From Actinomycetota bacterium (GTDB lineage Bacteria; Actinomycetota; Actinomycetes; Streptosporangiales; Streptosporangiaceae), in NCBI GenBank assembly GCA_027314595.1, contig DAHVAN010000335.1, positions 19,422 to 83,421 of the forward strand: 64,000 nucleotides of DNA. The letters run 5' to 3'. The notes beneath the pieces were generated by a model, which worked only from the letters and a program-made list of their open reading frames with translations, was not told where the DNA came from and ran no database searches. Positions 27,924-37,190 of the stretch are shown piece after piece (positions within the stretch are counted from its first letter, which is position 1; each line of letters begins with the position of its first letter). Position numbers and translations under genes: made by a program.

Positions 27924-28371
27924 CACGATCTCGGCCGAGTCGATCGACCACGTGATCGGGCAGAAACCGGTCGACCCGGCAGCTGCCGCTGCGCTGCGCT
28001 CGCTGCACGATCGCCACGGCCTGCGCCTCATCCTGGCTAGCAATACGATGCCATGCGAGACTCGCTGGCCCGCCCTCCAGCAAGCCGGGATCGACAGTCT
28101 CTTCAGCGTCGCTTTGCTCTCCTATGTCCTCGGAGTCCGGAAGCCGGAACCGCTGTTTTACCGGCTGGTCGTCGCCGCCGCCGAGTCATCGCCCGGCCAG
28201 GTGATGTTCGTCGGTGACAACCTCGCATGTGACGTGGCCGAACCGATCACTCACGGCATGCGCGCCGCGCTCGTCCGCCCGCACGGGCTCCGGCCCGGCG
28301 AGGAACTACCGAACGGCGCGATACTTATCCGCCACGTCAGCGAGCTGCCCGGCCGATTGGAGGAGCTGTGA
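27918..28371 (+). pseudogene. 3' part of the interrupted HAD hydrolase
   Basis: 'GGTISAESIDHVIGQKP...LASNT...GVRKPEP...FVGDNLACDV'; lacks motif I, which lies at 15253-15284. Confidence 0.87.
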
Positions 28372-29147
28372 TCCTCACTGCCGCCACCTGGAACCTGCGA
28401 AGCGGCGGGATCGACAACGGCAGCGACACGCGGCTGCGGCGCCAGCTCACCCTCCTCTCCGGCCTGAACCTGGACGTGGCAGCCTTCCAGGAATGCAAGC
28501 ACTGGGCCGATGACGACTCGGCGCTGCTGCACCTGGCCGAGGAGCAGCTCGGCATGACGGGCTTCCTGGCCGAGTCTGCCCACCACGGGTGCCACCTGGC
28601 CGTGTTCGTCAGAGAATCGGCGGGGCTCCAGGTGATCGACCCGCGCCATGAACGCGGGCACCCGTACTGGCATGCCGTCGCCCGTGTGCTCGTTCAGGCC
28701 GAGGGCCTGCCCGAGCCGCTGTACCTGGCCAGCCTCCACTTCGCCCCCAGCTCCCCGGTCATCCGACTCGCCGAAGCCGAGGCGTTCGAGCTGATCGCCG
28801 AGGCCGGGCCGCTGATCGCGATGGGCGACATCAACGCGATGCCCCTGCATGACCCCGATCCGCCGCCTTCGACCCGGCACCCGGGGCACGTGCAGCGCAA
28901 ACTCGACCGCAGCGCCGCCCAGGCGCTGGAAGACAATGGGCTGCTGGACGTCGGCGCGCTGTGCGCAGACCCGACACCGACTGTCGGCCACGAACCCGGC
29001 GGCCTGAAATACCGCTGCGACAGGTGCTACACCAACCTGCCTCCGGGTGCGATCATCAGCCATCAGGTGATCACCTGCGCCGACCCTGACTCCGATCACG
29101 ATCCTGTCATCTGCGTCTTCGACCTGGCGCATGCCGCTTCGCGGTAA
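28368..29147 (+). CDS. Endonuclease/exonuclease/phosphatase (EEP) family protein
   Basis: 'TWNL', 'FQEC', 'SLHF', 'GDIN', 'RCDR', 'SDHDPV'. Confidence 0.88.
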   Translation: MILTAATWNLRSGGIDNGSDTRLRRQLTLLSGLNLDVAAFQECKHWADDDSALLHLAEEQLGMTGFLAESAHHGCHLAVFVRESAGLQVIDPRHERGHPYWHAVARVLVQAEGLPEPLYLASLHFAPSSPVIRLAEAEAFELIAEAGPLIAMGDINAMPLHDPDPPPSTRHPGHVQRKLDRSAAQALEDNGLLDVGALCADPTPTVGHEPGGLKYRCDRCYTNLPPGAIISHQVITCADPDSDHDPVICVFDLAHAASR

Positions 29148-29261
29148 CCGGCCCTGGCCGTGGCCGGCCGTCCGCCGCTGGCCCAGCGGAATGACCGGGC
29201 GGAGCGTTCCGCGCCCCGCCCGCCTCGCGAGAAGCCGGATTGCGGGTGATGGGCGCACCGG

Positions 29262-29309
29262 GGAGGGCCGGAATGCGGAATGGGCGCAGATTCCGGATTC
29301 CGGCCCTCC
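29262..29309. repeat. Inverted repeat with 20-bp arms (one mismatch) and an 8-nt loop
   Basis: GGAGGGCCGGAATGCGGAAT-GGGCGCAG-ATTCCGGATTCCGGCCCTCC. Confidence 0.75.
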
Positions 29310-29884
29310 GTTCCGCGTCTTTCCGTAGTTCTGGTCTGCTACGCAGCACGTCATGCAGGGCGTGCGACTGGGAAGCTGATGGCGCTGTGGGCGGGCGCTT
29401 CTAGCGGCCGGCCACCGAGTGTCATCGCGGCGCAGGCGACGGGTCCGTGCAAGGTGGCCGACGCGATCGTCGTGAGCATTGCGGTGCAGCGATGGCCGCA
29501 GCAGGGAGCGGTGTGGCGTGAGCCCGATCCCGGCCGTTTTTCGGCGGGTGCCGCCGAAAACCACGCGGGGCCGCAGCGAGCCCGTGCCGCCGCCCGCGTA
29601 CTGCGGGGCGCTCAGCGAGCCCAGCCGCGCGGTCGGTTGCCCTTCAGCCGGCACTGCTTCTTGCCACCGCCGTTGGCCCTGGCCGCGGGTCTTCGCGGCG
29701 TGCCTGCCCTGCCGGCGCCAGGTTGCGGGAACCGTATTCTGACACGTGCCGCGTGGTGCCATTTTACTGCCGGTGATGGCCGGCGTTGCCTGGTGTGGAA
29801 ATAGCGCTGTCTATGTTGGTGCATTTTGCGGCAGCGAGGAAGGAAGTTGCCGGGCGCCTTTCCAGGGTTGCGCTGAGACCTGGG

Positions 29885-29955
29885 TACCGGGCGAAGCAAG
29901 ATGTGCGTAAAACAGCTTTATGTTTTGACCGTGCGCGGTCCATACATAAACTGAT
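29885..29955 (-). other. Candidate oriT
   Basis: Minus-strand CATCTTG-C (29903-29896) resembles the MOBP nic consensus; imperfect inverted repeat 29913-29953 lies 5' of it; directly upstream of mobC. Confidence 0.6.
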
Positions 29956-30052
29956 CCCAGTACCCCGGCCCCGCCCGAAATTCCCAGTGGGATATTGCAC
30001 CGAACGGCGCGGCAGGCTGGCGCGGAACTGAAAGCAGCCAGAGGAGTGTGGC

Positions 30053-30475
30053 ATGGCTAGCATCATCGATGACAAGGCGGCCCGCGGTGAGCCGCAGGGG
30101 TCACGCCGCCCGCGGCAGCAAGCCAGGCGCGATCATCGCGTGGGGTTCTCGCTGACCGGCGAGGAGTACGCGCTGCTGGAAGCCGCGGCCGGCAGAGCCG
30201 GGCGCGCCACGGCAGCGTATGCCGCCGAGGCGGCACTGACCGCTGCGCAGGGCAGGTCAATGGAGCAGGACACCCTGCTCCATGAACTGCTCAGGGAGCT
30301 TATCCGCGCGTCCGGGCTGGTGCGCAGGATCGGCGTGAACCTTAACCAGGCGGTAGCGAAGCTGAATGCGACCGGTCAGCGTTCTGGTGATCTCGCCCCA
30401 TACGCCGCGGAGAGCTTCCGCCGCGCGGAACGCATCGACGGGGTCGCGGAAGAAATCCGGAGGGCTATCCGGTGA
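30053..30475 (+). CDS. mobC: MobC relaxosome accessory protein
   Basis: RHH-like N-terminus; 'VRRIGVNLNQAVAKLNA'; precedes the relaxase. Confidence 0.85.
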   Translation: MASIIDDKAARGEPQGSRRPRQQARRDHRVGFSLTGEEYALLEAAAGRAGRATAAYAAEAALTAAQGRSMEQDTLLHELLRELIRASGLVRRIGVNLNQAVAKLNATGQRSGDLAPYAAESFRRAERIDGVAEEIRRAIR

Positions 30476-30478
30476 CAT

Positions 30479-30557
30479 GCGGAATGCATTCCGCCGCGCC
30501 GGGATGCATTCCGCAAGCGCGGAATGCTTTCCGGCTGGCTCGCGGAATGCATTCCGC
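30479..30557. repeat. Four copies of the 16-bp palindrome GCGGAATGCATTCCGC
   Basis: Starts at 30479, 30499, 30519 and 30542; copies 1 and 4 are perfect. Confidence 0.85.
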
Positions 30558-30599
30558 TCATGCGGGAGGGCACGCGGCAGGGTACCGGAAGGCGTGGCG

Positions 30600-32096
30600 G
30601 TGATCGGGAAGATCAGCGCGCCGCGCGGGGAGCGCGTCGAGCCGCTCATCTACTACTTGTACGGTCCCGGGCGGCGGGAGGAGCATACCGACCCGCACAT
30701 CGTCGCGGGCTGGCGGCACCCGGCCGAACTGGAGCCGCCGCTGCGTGAGGACGGCAGGCGGGATTTCCGGCGGCTGTTCGGGCTGCTCAACCAGCCGCAC
30801 GCCGCGATGGGCACGTGGGGATTCGCCCGGCCGGTGTGGCACTGCTCGATGCGCGCCGCGCCGGAGGACAAGACGCTGTCGGACGATGAGTGGGCGCAGA
30901 TCGCGTGCGACGTGATGCACCGCACCGGGCTGGCCCCGTTCGGCGAGGAAGACGACGCTGTCCGCTGGGTGGCGATCCGGCACGGCGAGGACCATATTCA
31001 CCTGGTCGCGATGCTAGCCCGGCAGGACGGGCGCCGTCCCCGGCTGAGCAATGAGCGGTACCGGGTCCGGGATGCCTGCCTGGCTGCGGAGCAGCGGTAC
31101 GGGCTGCGGTCGACCGCGCCCGGCGACCGGACGGCCGCCGGCTGCCCGTCGCGGGCCGAATCGGAGAAGGCGGCCCGGCGCGGCCTGGAGGAAGCGCCGC
31201 GGGTCACGCTGCGGCGGCAGGTCAGCACCGCCGCCGCAGCCGCCGGCAGCGAGCAGGACTTCTTCGCCCGGCTCCGGCAGTCCGGCCTGCTCGTCCGCAC
31301 CCGCCACAGCACCCGCGACCCCGCCCAGCTCACCGGGTACGCCGTCGCCCTTCCCGGCGACACCACCAAGACCGGGGACCCGGTCTGGTACGGCGGCGGG
31401 AAACTCGCCGCGGACCTGACCCTGCCCAAGCTGCGTCGCCGCTGGCCCAAGCCCGGCAGCGATGACCGTTTCACCGCCGCGGAGCGAAGCGCGGCCTGGG
31501 ATCACGTGGCGCAGATCGTGGACCATGCCTCAGCTCACATCCGGGGCCTGCTCGCCGGGGACGATCCGGGCGCCGCTGCTGACGCCGCGTGGGCGACGTC
31601 GGACACGCTGCACGCCGCCGCTGCGGCGCTGGGCAGCCGGATTCTGCGGCAGGCCGCCGACGCCTACGACCGCGCGGCACGGGCACCGTACGGGCGTACC
31701 CCCGTGCCCACCCCGGCCGGGGACGGGCTGCGCCGGGCCGCCCGGCTGCTGTCGGCCTACGGGTACATCACCAGCGACCCGTCGTTCCGGCCGCTGGTGC
31801 TGATCATCCGGCTGGCCGTGCTCGCCGAGGCGGTCGCCGACCTGCGGCAGAGCCAGCAGCACGCCGCCCAGGCCGCCGGCGCGCTGAACGCCGCCCAGCA
31901 GCTCCGCACCGCCAGGGGAATCTACGCCGCACCCGCCTCAGCAGGCAGGCAACCCGCGAAGTCGGCCGCCACCCTGGCGGGTGCCGGATTCCCGGCGCCG
32001 CCCGCACCGGACCCGGCTACGCCGTCCGCCCCGGCACCGCCGCGGCCCAGGCCACCAGCGCCACCCGGACCCGGGCAGCAGCCACGACGCCAGTGA
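30600..32096 (+). CDS. Relaxase (MOBP-like)
   Basis: 'LIYYLYGPG', 'VWHCSMRAAPED..LSD..W', HUH motif 'RHGEDHIHLV'; GTG 30600. Confidence 0.9.
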   Translation: MIGKISAPRGERVEPLIYYLYGPGRREEHTDPHIVAGWRHPAELEPPLREDGRRDFRRLFGLLNQPHAAMGTWGFARPVWHCSMRAAPEDKTLSDDEWAQIACDVMHRTGLAPFGEEDDAVRWVAIRHGEDHIHLVAMLARQDGRRPRLSNERYRVRDACLAAEQRYGLRSTAPGDRTAAGCPSRAESEKAARRGLEEAPRVTLRRQVSTAAAAAGSEQDFFARLRQSGLLVRTRHSTRDPAQLTGYAVALPGDTTKTGDPVWYGGGKLAADLTLPKLRRRWPKPGSDDRFTAAERSAAWDHVAQIVDHASAHIRGLLAGDDPGAAADAAWATSDTLHAAAAALGSRILRQAADAYDRAARAPYGRTPVPTPAGDGLRRAARLLSAYGYITSDPSFRPLVLIIRLAVLAEAVADLRQSQQHAAQAAGALNAAQQLRTARGIYAAPASAGRQPAKSAATLAGAGFPAPPAPDPATPSAPAPPRPRPPAPPGPGQQPRRQ

Positions 32097-32117
32097 ACAA
32101 CGATCTCGAAGGAGCAA

Positions 32118-33185
32118 GTGATGGACGCCTCTGATGTCTACCCCGACCTGTTCGGTGACGCGCTGAGCTACTCGTCACAGCGCATGGCCCAGCTCGCGTC
32201 GCTGGTCACCGCCGCAGCCACGGTCGAGGCCCGCCGCAAGGCGCGGCGGAACGCCGCGAAGACCATCCGCAGCGAGCGGGAGCTGCGGGAGCTGCAAGAT
32301 CAGGAACGCGCCGCTTATGAGCTGGCGCGGGCGGGCTGGGCGCCGGCCCGCGATCCGCGGTTCCTGGCTCAGGCTGACCTGCTCCAGGCGGCCCGCGTGT
32401 GGAGCGCGGCAGCGGCCTACGCCGACGCCGACCCCGAAGCCGCTGATGCTGTCCGCACGTGCGAGCAGCGGCTGCGTGTCCTGCACCCGTACGCGATGGC
32501 CTGGTACGACCGGCTCCGCAGCGACGGGGCCGCACCGCTCGACGCGATGCGTGAGGCACTGCCTTTGTTCGACCGCGCCCCGCACGCCCGTCCCGGCGAC
32601 CCCGCCGTCGAGCGGCGCGGCCTGGCTGCCCCGGACGGTCCTGGCGCCGCATCCTGGGACAGCGTGGACGACTCCGCGGTGGCCGAGGCCGCTGCGGACT
32701 CCCTCGCTTCCGGGCAGGCTGAGCGGCGCGGTCAGCAGATCGTGCGGGAACTGCAGGCCCGCGCTCTGGCTGAGCGCGGGTACGCGCTGACCCCGGACGA
32801 ACTGGTGACGACCCTGGGCGCCACTACCACGCTGCCCGGCGATGTCATCGCCCGGCTTGCCCGCGCGGACAGCCAGGACCGCGTGGCGTGGGGTGCCGAG
32901 CGGACCCGCGCCGATGATCTCGGCAGCGCCTCGGCTGCCTCCGTCCCCGGCGGCGTCGCGCACGGCGAGTACCTCATCGCGGCGTCGCAGGACCGGCTGA
33001 CGGCGGACACGGCAGCAGCCCATGCCGCTGGCGACCGCAGCGCGACCCGGCTGGCAGCCGAGAGCTTCCCGTGCACCGCCGCCGACGCGGTCACCGCGAC
33101 GGCCACAGGCACCATCCAGGCAGCACCATCCGCCGCCCGGACGAACACGACCGTGCAGATCCGCCGGCCCGGCCGATCGGCATGA
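32118..33185 (+). CDS. Helical hypothetical protein with LAxxxFP C-terminal tail
   Basis: AAGGAG RBS; follows the relaxase. Confidence 0.75.
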   Translation: MMDASDVYPDLFGDALSYSSQRMAQLASLVTAAATVEARRKARRNAAKTIRSERELRELQDQERAAYELARAGWAPARDPRFLAQADLLQAARVWSAAAAYADADPEAADAVRTCEQRLRVLHPYAMAWYDRLRSDGAAPLDAMREALPLFDRAPHARPGDPAVERRGLAAPDGPGAASWDSVDDSAVAEAAADSLASGQAERRGQQIVRELQARALAERGYALTPDELVTTLGATTTLPGDVIARLARADSQDRVAWGAERTRADDLGSASAASVPGGVAHGEYLIAASQDRLTADTAAAHAAGDRSATRLAAESFPCTAADAVTATATGTIQAAPSAARTNTTVQIRRPGRSA

Positions 33186-33211
33186 GACAGTAAGAGTAAG
33201 GAAGGAGGGAC

Positions 33212-33466
33212 ATGAACACACTTGCCCACAGCGGAATCTTCTGGGTCGGTCTGATCACCGGGCTCGTGCTGATCTACTTCCTGCCCACCATGATCGGGAT
33301 CATCCGCAAGGTCGAGAGCCTGGGCCTGCTCATCTTCCTGAACGTGCTGCCGACCGGCGTCGGATGGTTCGCCGCGATGGTGATGGCGTTCATGCTGCCC
33401 CGCCGCGACCCGCCGCTGGCCTACAGGCTCAGCCAGTACCCTCCGCAGTATCAGCGGGTGCTGTGA
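33212..33466 (+). CDS. Superinfection immunity protein (T4 Imm-like)
   Basis: 'YFLPTMIGIIR...IFLN...GVGW..A' two-TM pattern. Confidence 0.75.
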   Translation: MNTLAHSGIFWVGLITGLVLIYFLPTMIGIIRKVESLGLLIFLNVLPTGVGWFAAMVMAFMLPRRDPPLAYRLSQYPPQYQRVL

Positions 33467-33535
33467 GGCATCCTTCTGCCGGCAAGCAGTTTCGCTTCCG
33501 CTGTATGTGCTGGGCTACATGAACGCAAGCAGACG

Positions 33536-34678
33536 CTAGCGGCGCCGCTTCGGTACACGAGTAGCCTCCATCAGGATCGTTACCGCGAGCAGCCTGTCAA
33601 GGTTGTCACGCGCCTCGGCGTGAGCGGGGTTAAGGCGGATGGCTTCGCGGTAGGCGGCCTCTGCTTCCGGGCGCCGATTCACGATCGCGAACAAGTACCC
33701 AAGGTCGTTATGCGCGTCGGCGTTGCCTGGGTCGAGGCGGATGGCTTCGCGGTAGGCGGCTTCGGCGTCTGCGTAGCGGTACTCGCTGAAAAGGCGGTTG
33801 CCTGCGTCTCTGTACTGTTGCGCCTTGGCGGCGGATGCGGCCTGGCGCGCTGCAGCGTCGGGCTGGCGGGCGGCGTCGGCGAGCGCGTCCCGGACGGCCT
33901 CGGGGCCGGGGCGGCGGGCTGGGTCCTTGGCCAGGAGCGCTCCGAGCAGGTCGCGCAGCGGGCCGGCGTGCTGCGGCGGGGCCGGGGGGCGCGTCAGGAT
34001 GGCGGCCATCAGCGCGGTCAGGGTAGCCCCGTCGTATGGCGGTGTGCCCTCCACGGCGGTGTACAGGGTGGCGCCGAGCGCCCACATATCCGCGGCACCG
34101 TCGGCTCCCGTGCCCTCCAGCTGCTCCGGCGCCATGTAGTGGGGCGTGCCGATCATCATCCCGGTGCCGGTGAGCCTGGTGGTCGCGTCGAGGATCCGGG
34201 CGATGCCGAAGTCGGCGACGATGGCGCGCCGGCCAGACAGCAGGATGTTGTCCGGCTTGAGGTCGCGGTGCACGATCCCGGCGGCGTGCGCGTGGCCCAG
34301 CGCGTCCGCGACCTGCCCGCCGATGTCGGCCACGCGCTGCCAGGGCAGGCGCTTGTGCTGGCTGATCTCGGCGCGCAGGGACGGGCCGGCGACGAATTCC
34401 ATTACGATCCACGGCGCGCCGTCGTGTTCGACCACGTCGTGGATCGTGATGACGCTGGGATGGGCCAGCCGGGCCGCCGCCCGGGCCTCCCGTAGCGCTC
34501 GGGCAACCAGCCCTGCACGATCCGCGGCCTGCTGTGGCGGCAGCAGGAGTTCCTTAACCGCCACGACCCGGTCCAGGAACTGATCGTGCCCGCGCCACAC
34601 CCGCCCGAGGCCGCCTTGCCCGACCGGCTCGCCCAGGACGTACCGGCCGCCCACCAAAATCCCTGCCTCGCCAGGCAT
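33536..34678 (-). CDS. Ser/Thr protein kinase with C-terminal TPRs
   Basis: 'GQGGLGRVW', 'VAVKE', 'HRDLKPDN', 'DFG', 'YMAPE'; '[11 protein letters not shown]' twice. ATG 34678. Confidence 0.9.
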   Translation of the reverse strand: MPGEAGILVGGRYVLGEPVGQGGLGRVWRGHDQFLDRVVAVKELLLPPQQAADRAGLVARALREARAAARLAHPSVITIHDVVEHDGAPWIVMEFVAGPSLRAEISQHKRLPWQRVADIGGQVADALGHAHAAGIVHRDLKPDNILLSGRRAIVADFGIARILDATTRLTGTGMMIGTPHYMAPEQLEGTGADGAADMWALGATLYTAVEGTPPYDGATLTALMAAILTRPPAPPQHAGPLRDLLGALLAKDPARRPGPEAVRDALADAARQPDAAARQAASAAKAQQYRDAGNRLFSEYRYADAEAAYREAIRLDPGNADAHNDLGYLFAIVNRRPEAEAAYREAIRLNPAHAEARDNLDRLLAVTILMEATRVPKRRR

Positions 34679-34898
34679 ACAGGAGATTTTAGAGGAACAA
34701 CTCGCGAGGGTGAGAAGAAATGGCATGCGCCCGGTTGTGAGGGTATGGCGCTCGATCTCACTGGACGTGCGCATTGGCGGCCCTACAGCAATGCGGGAGT
34801 CCTGCGGGCCGGTCGGCTGTCTGCCGGCCGACAGCCGCGCATTAACCCGCCCGGCCGGACGATGACCCCTGGTGGTGTACTCCACGAGGGTGCTGGGT

Positions 34899-37190
34899 TC
34901 ATCGGCGGGATCGGGATGATCCGTGAGCGTGCGTCAGGCGGTTGCCGTGAGCTGGCGGCCGGGGTAGCGCATGCTCATCCCCGTGGCGGATGGTCGTGGG
35001 CGGATGCGGGAAGCTGCTCGCGGCGAGCTGGGGCGCCCCGCGCACTACGCGGCTGCCGGATCGGGCGGCGCCGCGGGTGACCGCGTTGGCGACCTCTGCC
35101 AGGACATCGGAATAGTCGGTGAAGCCGAGTCGTTCGGCGACCCGCATGGTCTGGTATGCGGCGTCGGCGGGCAGGACGCGTGCGATCTCAGGGAGTTCGG
35201 GGTTCGCGACGGGCCGCATATGCTCATCGACCGTGGCCAGTTCCCGGCTGCCGGTGATCTGCCTGATCGTCTCGGCGGTCCCGGCGGGGAGCAGTCCGGC
35301 GATGACTGCGGCTGTGCTGCGCATGGCCAGCAGCGGTCCTTCGGCGTCTTGCAGCCGCCGTTCCCATGGGGCAAGGTGGGCGTCGATGACGACGGCGGAC
35401 AGCGGCTGCACCTGGTCCCGGAGAATCGTCTGCAGAGCCTCCGGGCCTCCGGTTTGCAGGGTCTCAGCGGGGTCTTTGCCGGGCAGGACCGCTGATTGCA
35501 GCCGGCTGCTGACCGTGCGGAGGATGCCGTAGGAGCGGACGGCGGCCTTGCGGCCGGCCTGGTCGTCGTCGAACGCGACGAGCACCCCGCTGCTGCCGAG
35601 GTCGGCCGCCTGCGCGAGAACGGCGGCTTGCTTGCTGGTCAGGGCAGTGCCGCAGGGTGCCAGGCCCACGTGGCGGCCGGGATCTGCCATGGTGACGGCG
35701 ATGGCGTCGAAGGGGCCTTCCACGATGACCGGTGTTGCGCCGCGGGCGAGCAGGTCGCGCGCCTGGTGGAGGCCGAACAGCAGGGTGCCCTTCTGGTAGC
35801 TGCTGGTCTCGGGACTGTTCAGGTACTTCGGGACCTCCGGGCCGGCTCCGGGGCGGGCGCGGCCGAGGAACCCTGCGATGTTCCCGCGCTCATCATGGAC
35901 CGGGAGCATGACCCGGTCCCGGAAGTGGTCGATGAGCGTGCCGCGGGAGGAGATGCGGGCGAGCCCGGCTGCCTGGATCGCGTCGTCGTCGTGGCCGAGG
36001 GCGCGGAGGTGGCCGGTGAGCGTGGTCCATCCGCCGGGGGCGTATCCGATGCGCCACTGGCGCATCACGTCGTCGCTGATGCCGCGGTCGGCGAGGTAGG
36101 CAGGCACCCAGCTCCGGGCGAGCTGGCCGTCGTAGAACTGCATGGCGTCGTCCAGGACACCAGCGATCCGCGGGTCGGGCTCCGGAGCTGATGGCGATGC
36201 GTTGACCTGGGCTGCGGCGGGCTGCGGCTCGTGTTCGTCATGGCGTGCTGCCGCTGCTGCTTGGGCTTCCGGCCGTGCGGCCAGGCGGTCGCCGGCCAGG
36301 TGATGGTCCAGCAGGCGGCTGATTTTCGCGGCGGCTGCGGCGGCTCGCTCTCCGGCGGTCAAGATGGCGGCTGCGGGCTGGGCGCGCGGATCGGTGCCCG
36401 CCCACGTCTGCGGGCTGGAGAAGGCGTGCTCGACCTGGACGCCGTACCGGGTGCAGATGATGAACGCTACGGAGTCGGCTTCGGCTTTCCGGATGCCGTG
36501 GCAGCCGGAGGTCGTGGTGCCCGGCGGGTAGGTGATCGTGTTGTGCACGAGGACGTGGCCGAGCTGATGGGCCAGCGCCCAGGCAGCCTGCCCGCTGCTA
36601 AGGCTAGGCGGGATGCGGATGCGCCGGGCGGCCCAGAACGTGGTGCCGTCACCGGGGCTGCCGTCCTCCTGCTCGACCGCGAAGCCCTCCCTGCGGGCCA
36701 GCCAGCACAGGCAGTCCCACAGGCCGGGCGGCGCCTCCCCCGCCGGCGCGGGGAAGGCGGACGGGAGCGGGACGGGCTGACCGGTGGTCTGGGACAGATC
36801 CCAGACGTAGGCGACACGCCGGGCGTCACGCCAGCCATGATCCTGGGCCGCCTCTTCGCCGCCGCGGCGGCCTGGTTCCCGCCGCTGGCGCATGCCGGAG
36901 AAGATCTCGATGCCCTTCTCATCGCGGTTGACCTGCCGTCCGGCTGCGCGCCACGCCTCGTATCCCCTGACCAAGGTGGGGGCCGGTATCCGGGAGGAGA
37001 TCAGCAGGACGTTCGCCCAGGTCTCGCCGTGCAGCCGGGCGGCTGCCCGCAGGTGCCTGGCCCAGTCCTCCGCGGAGCGGATCTGCCCGGCTGTTTCATA
37101 CAGGCGGGTGCGCAGTGCGGTGATCCGCTGCTCGCGGTCCTCGTCCTGGCCGGGCCGGCCTGCGGGTGCTGGCCTTCTGGTCCGGGCCAT
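34899..37190 (-). CDS. ArdC-like N-terminal region + metallopeptidase-like domain + DnaG-type primase (TOPRIM)
   Basis: 'ANVLLI..RGYEAW..AGRQV', 'LAHQLGH', 'EADSVAF', 'PKYLNSPET', 'IVEGPFD', 'FDDDQAG'. Confidence 0.85.
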   Translation of the reverse strand: MARTRRPAPAGRPGQDEDREQRITALRTRLYETAGQIRSAEDWARHLRAAARLHGETWANVLLISSRIPAPTLVRGYEAWRAAGRQVNRDEKGIEIFSGMRQRREPGRRGGEEAAQDHGWRDARRVAYVWDLSQTTGQPVPLPSAFPAPAGEAPPGLWDCLCWLARREGFAVEQEDGSPGDGTTFWAARRIRIPPSLSSGQAAWALAHQLGHVLVHNTITYPPGTTTSGCHGIRKAEADSVAFIICTRYGVQVEHAFSSPQTWAGTDPRAQPAAAILTAGERAAAAAAKISRLLDHHLAGDRLAARPEAQAAAAARHDEHEPQPAAAQVNASPSAPEPDPRIAGVLDDAMQFYDGQLARSWVPAYLADRGISDDVMRQWRIGYAPGGWTTLTGHLRALGHDDDAIQAAGLARISSRGTLIDHFRDRVMLPVHDERGNIAGFLGRARPGAGPEVPKYLNSPETSSYQKGTLLFGLHQARDLLARGATPVIVEGPFDAIAVTMADPGRHVGLAPCGTALTSKQAAVLAQAADLGSSGVLVAFDDDQAGRKAAVRSYGILRTVSSRLQSAVLPGKDPAETLQTGGPEALQTILRDQVQPLSAVVIDAHLAPWERRLQDAEGPLLAMRSTAAVIAGLLPAGTAETIRQITGSRELATVDEHMRPVANPELPEIARVLPADAAYQTMRVAERLGFTDYSDVLAEVANAVTRGAARSGSRVVRGAPQLAASSFPHPPTTIRHGDEHALPRPPAHGNRLTHAHGSSRSRR

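Noticed and set aside
28251-29804. 503-aa minus-strand and 174-aa plus-strand ORFs
   Set aside because: Shadow of the EEP gene and non-coding oriT-proximal DNA; no motifs.
30479-30557. Palindromic repeats as a mini-CRISPR
   Set aside because: Only 4-7 nt between 16-bp units, too short for spacers.
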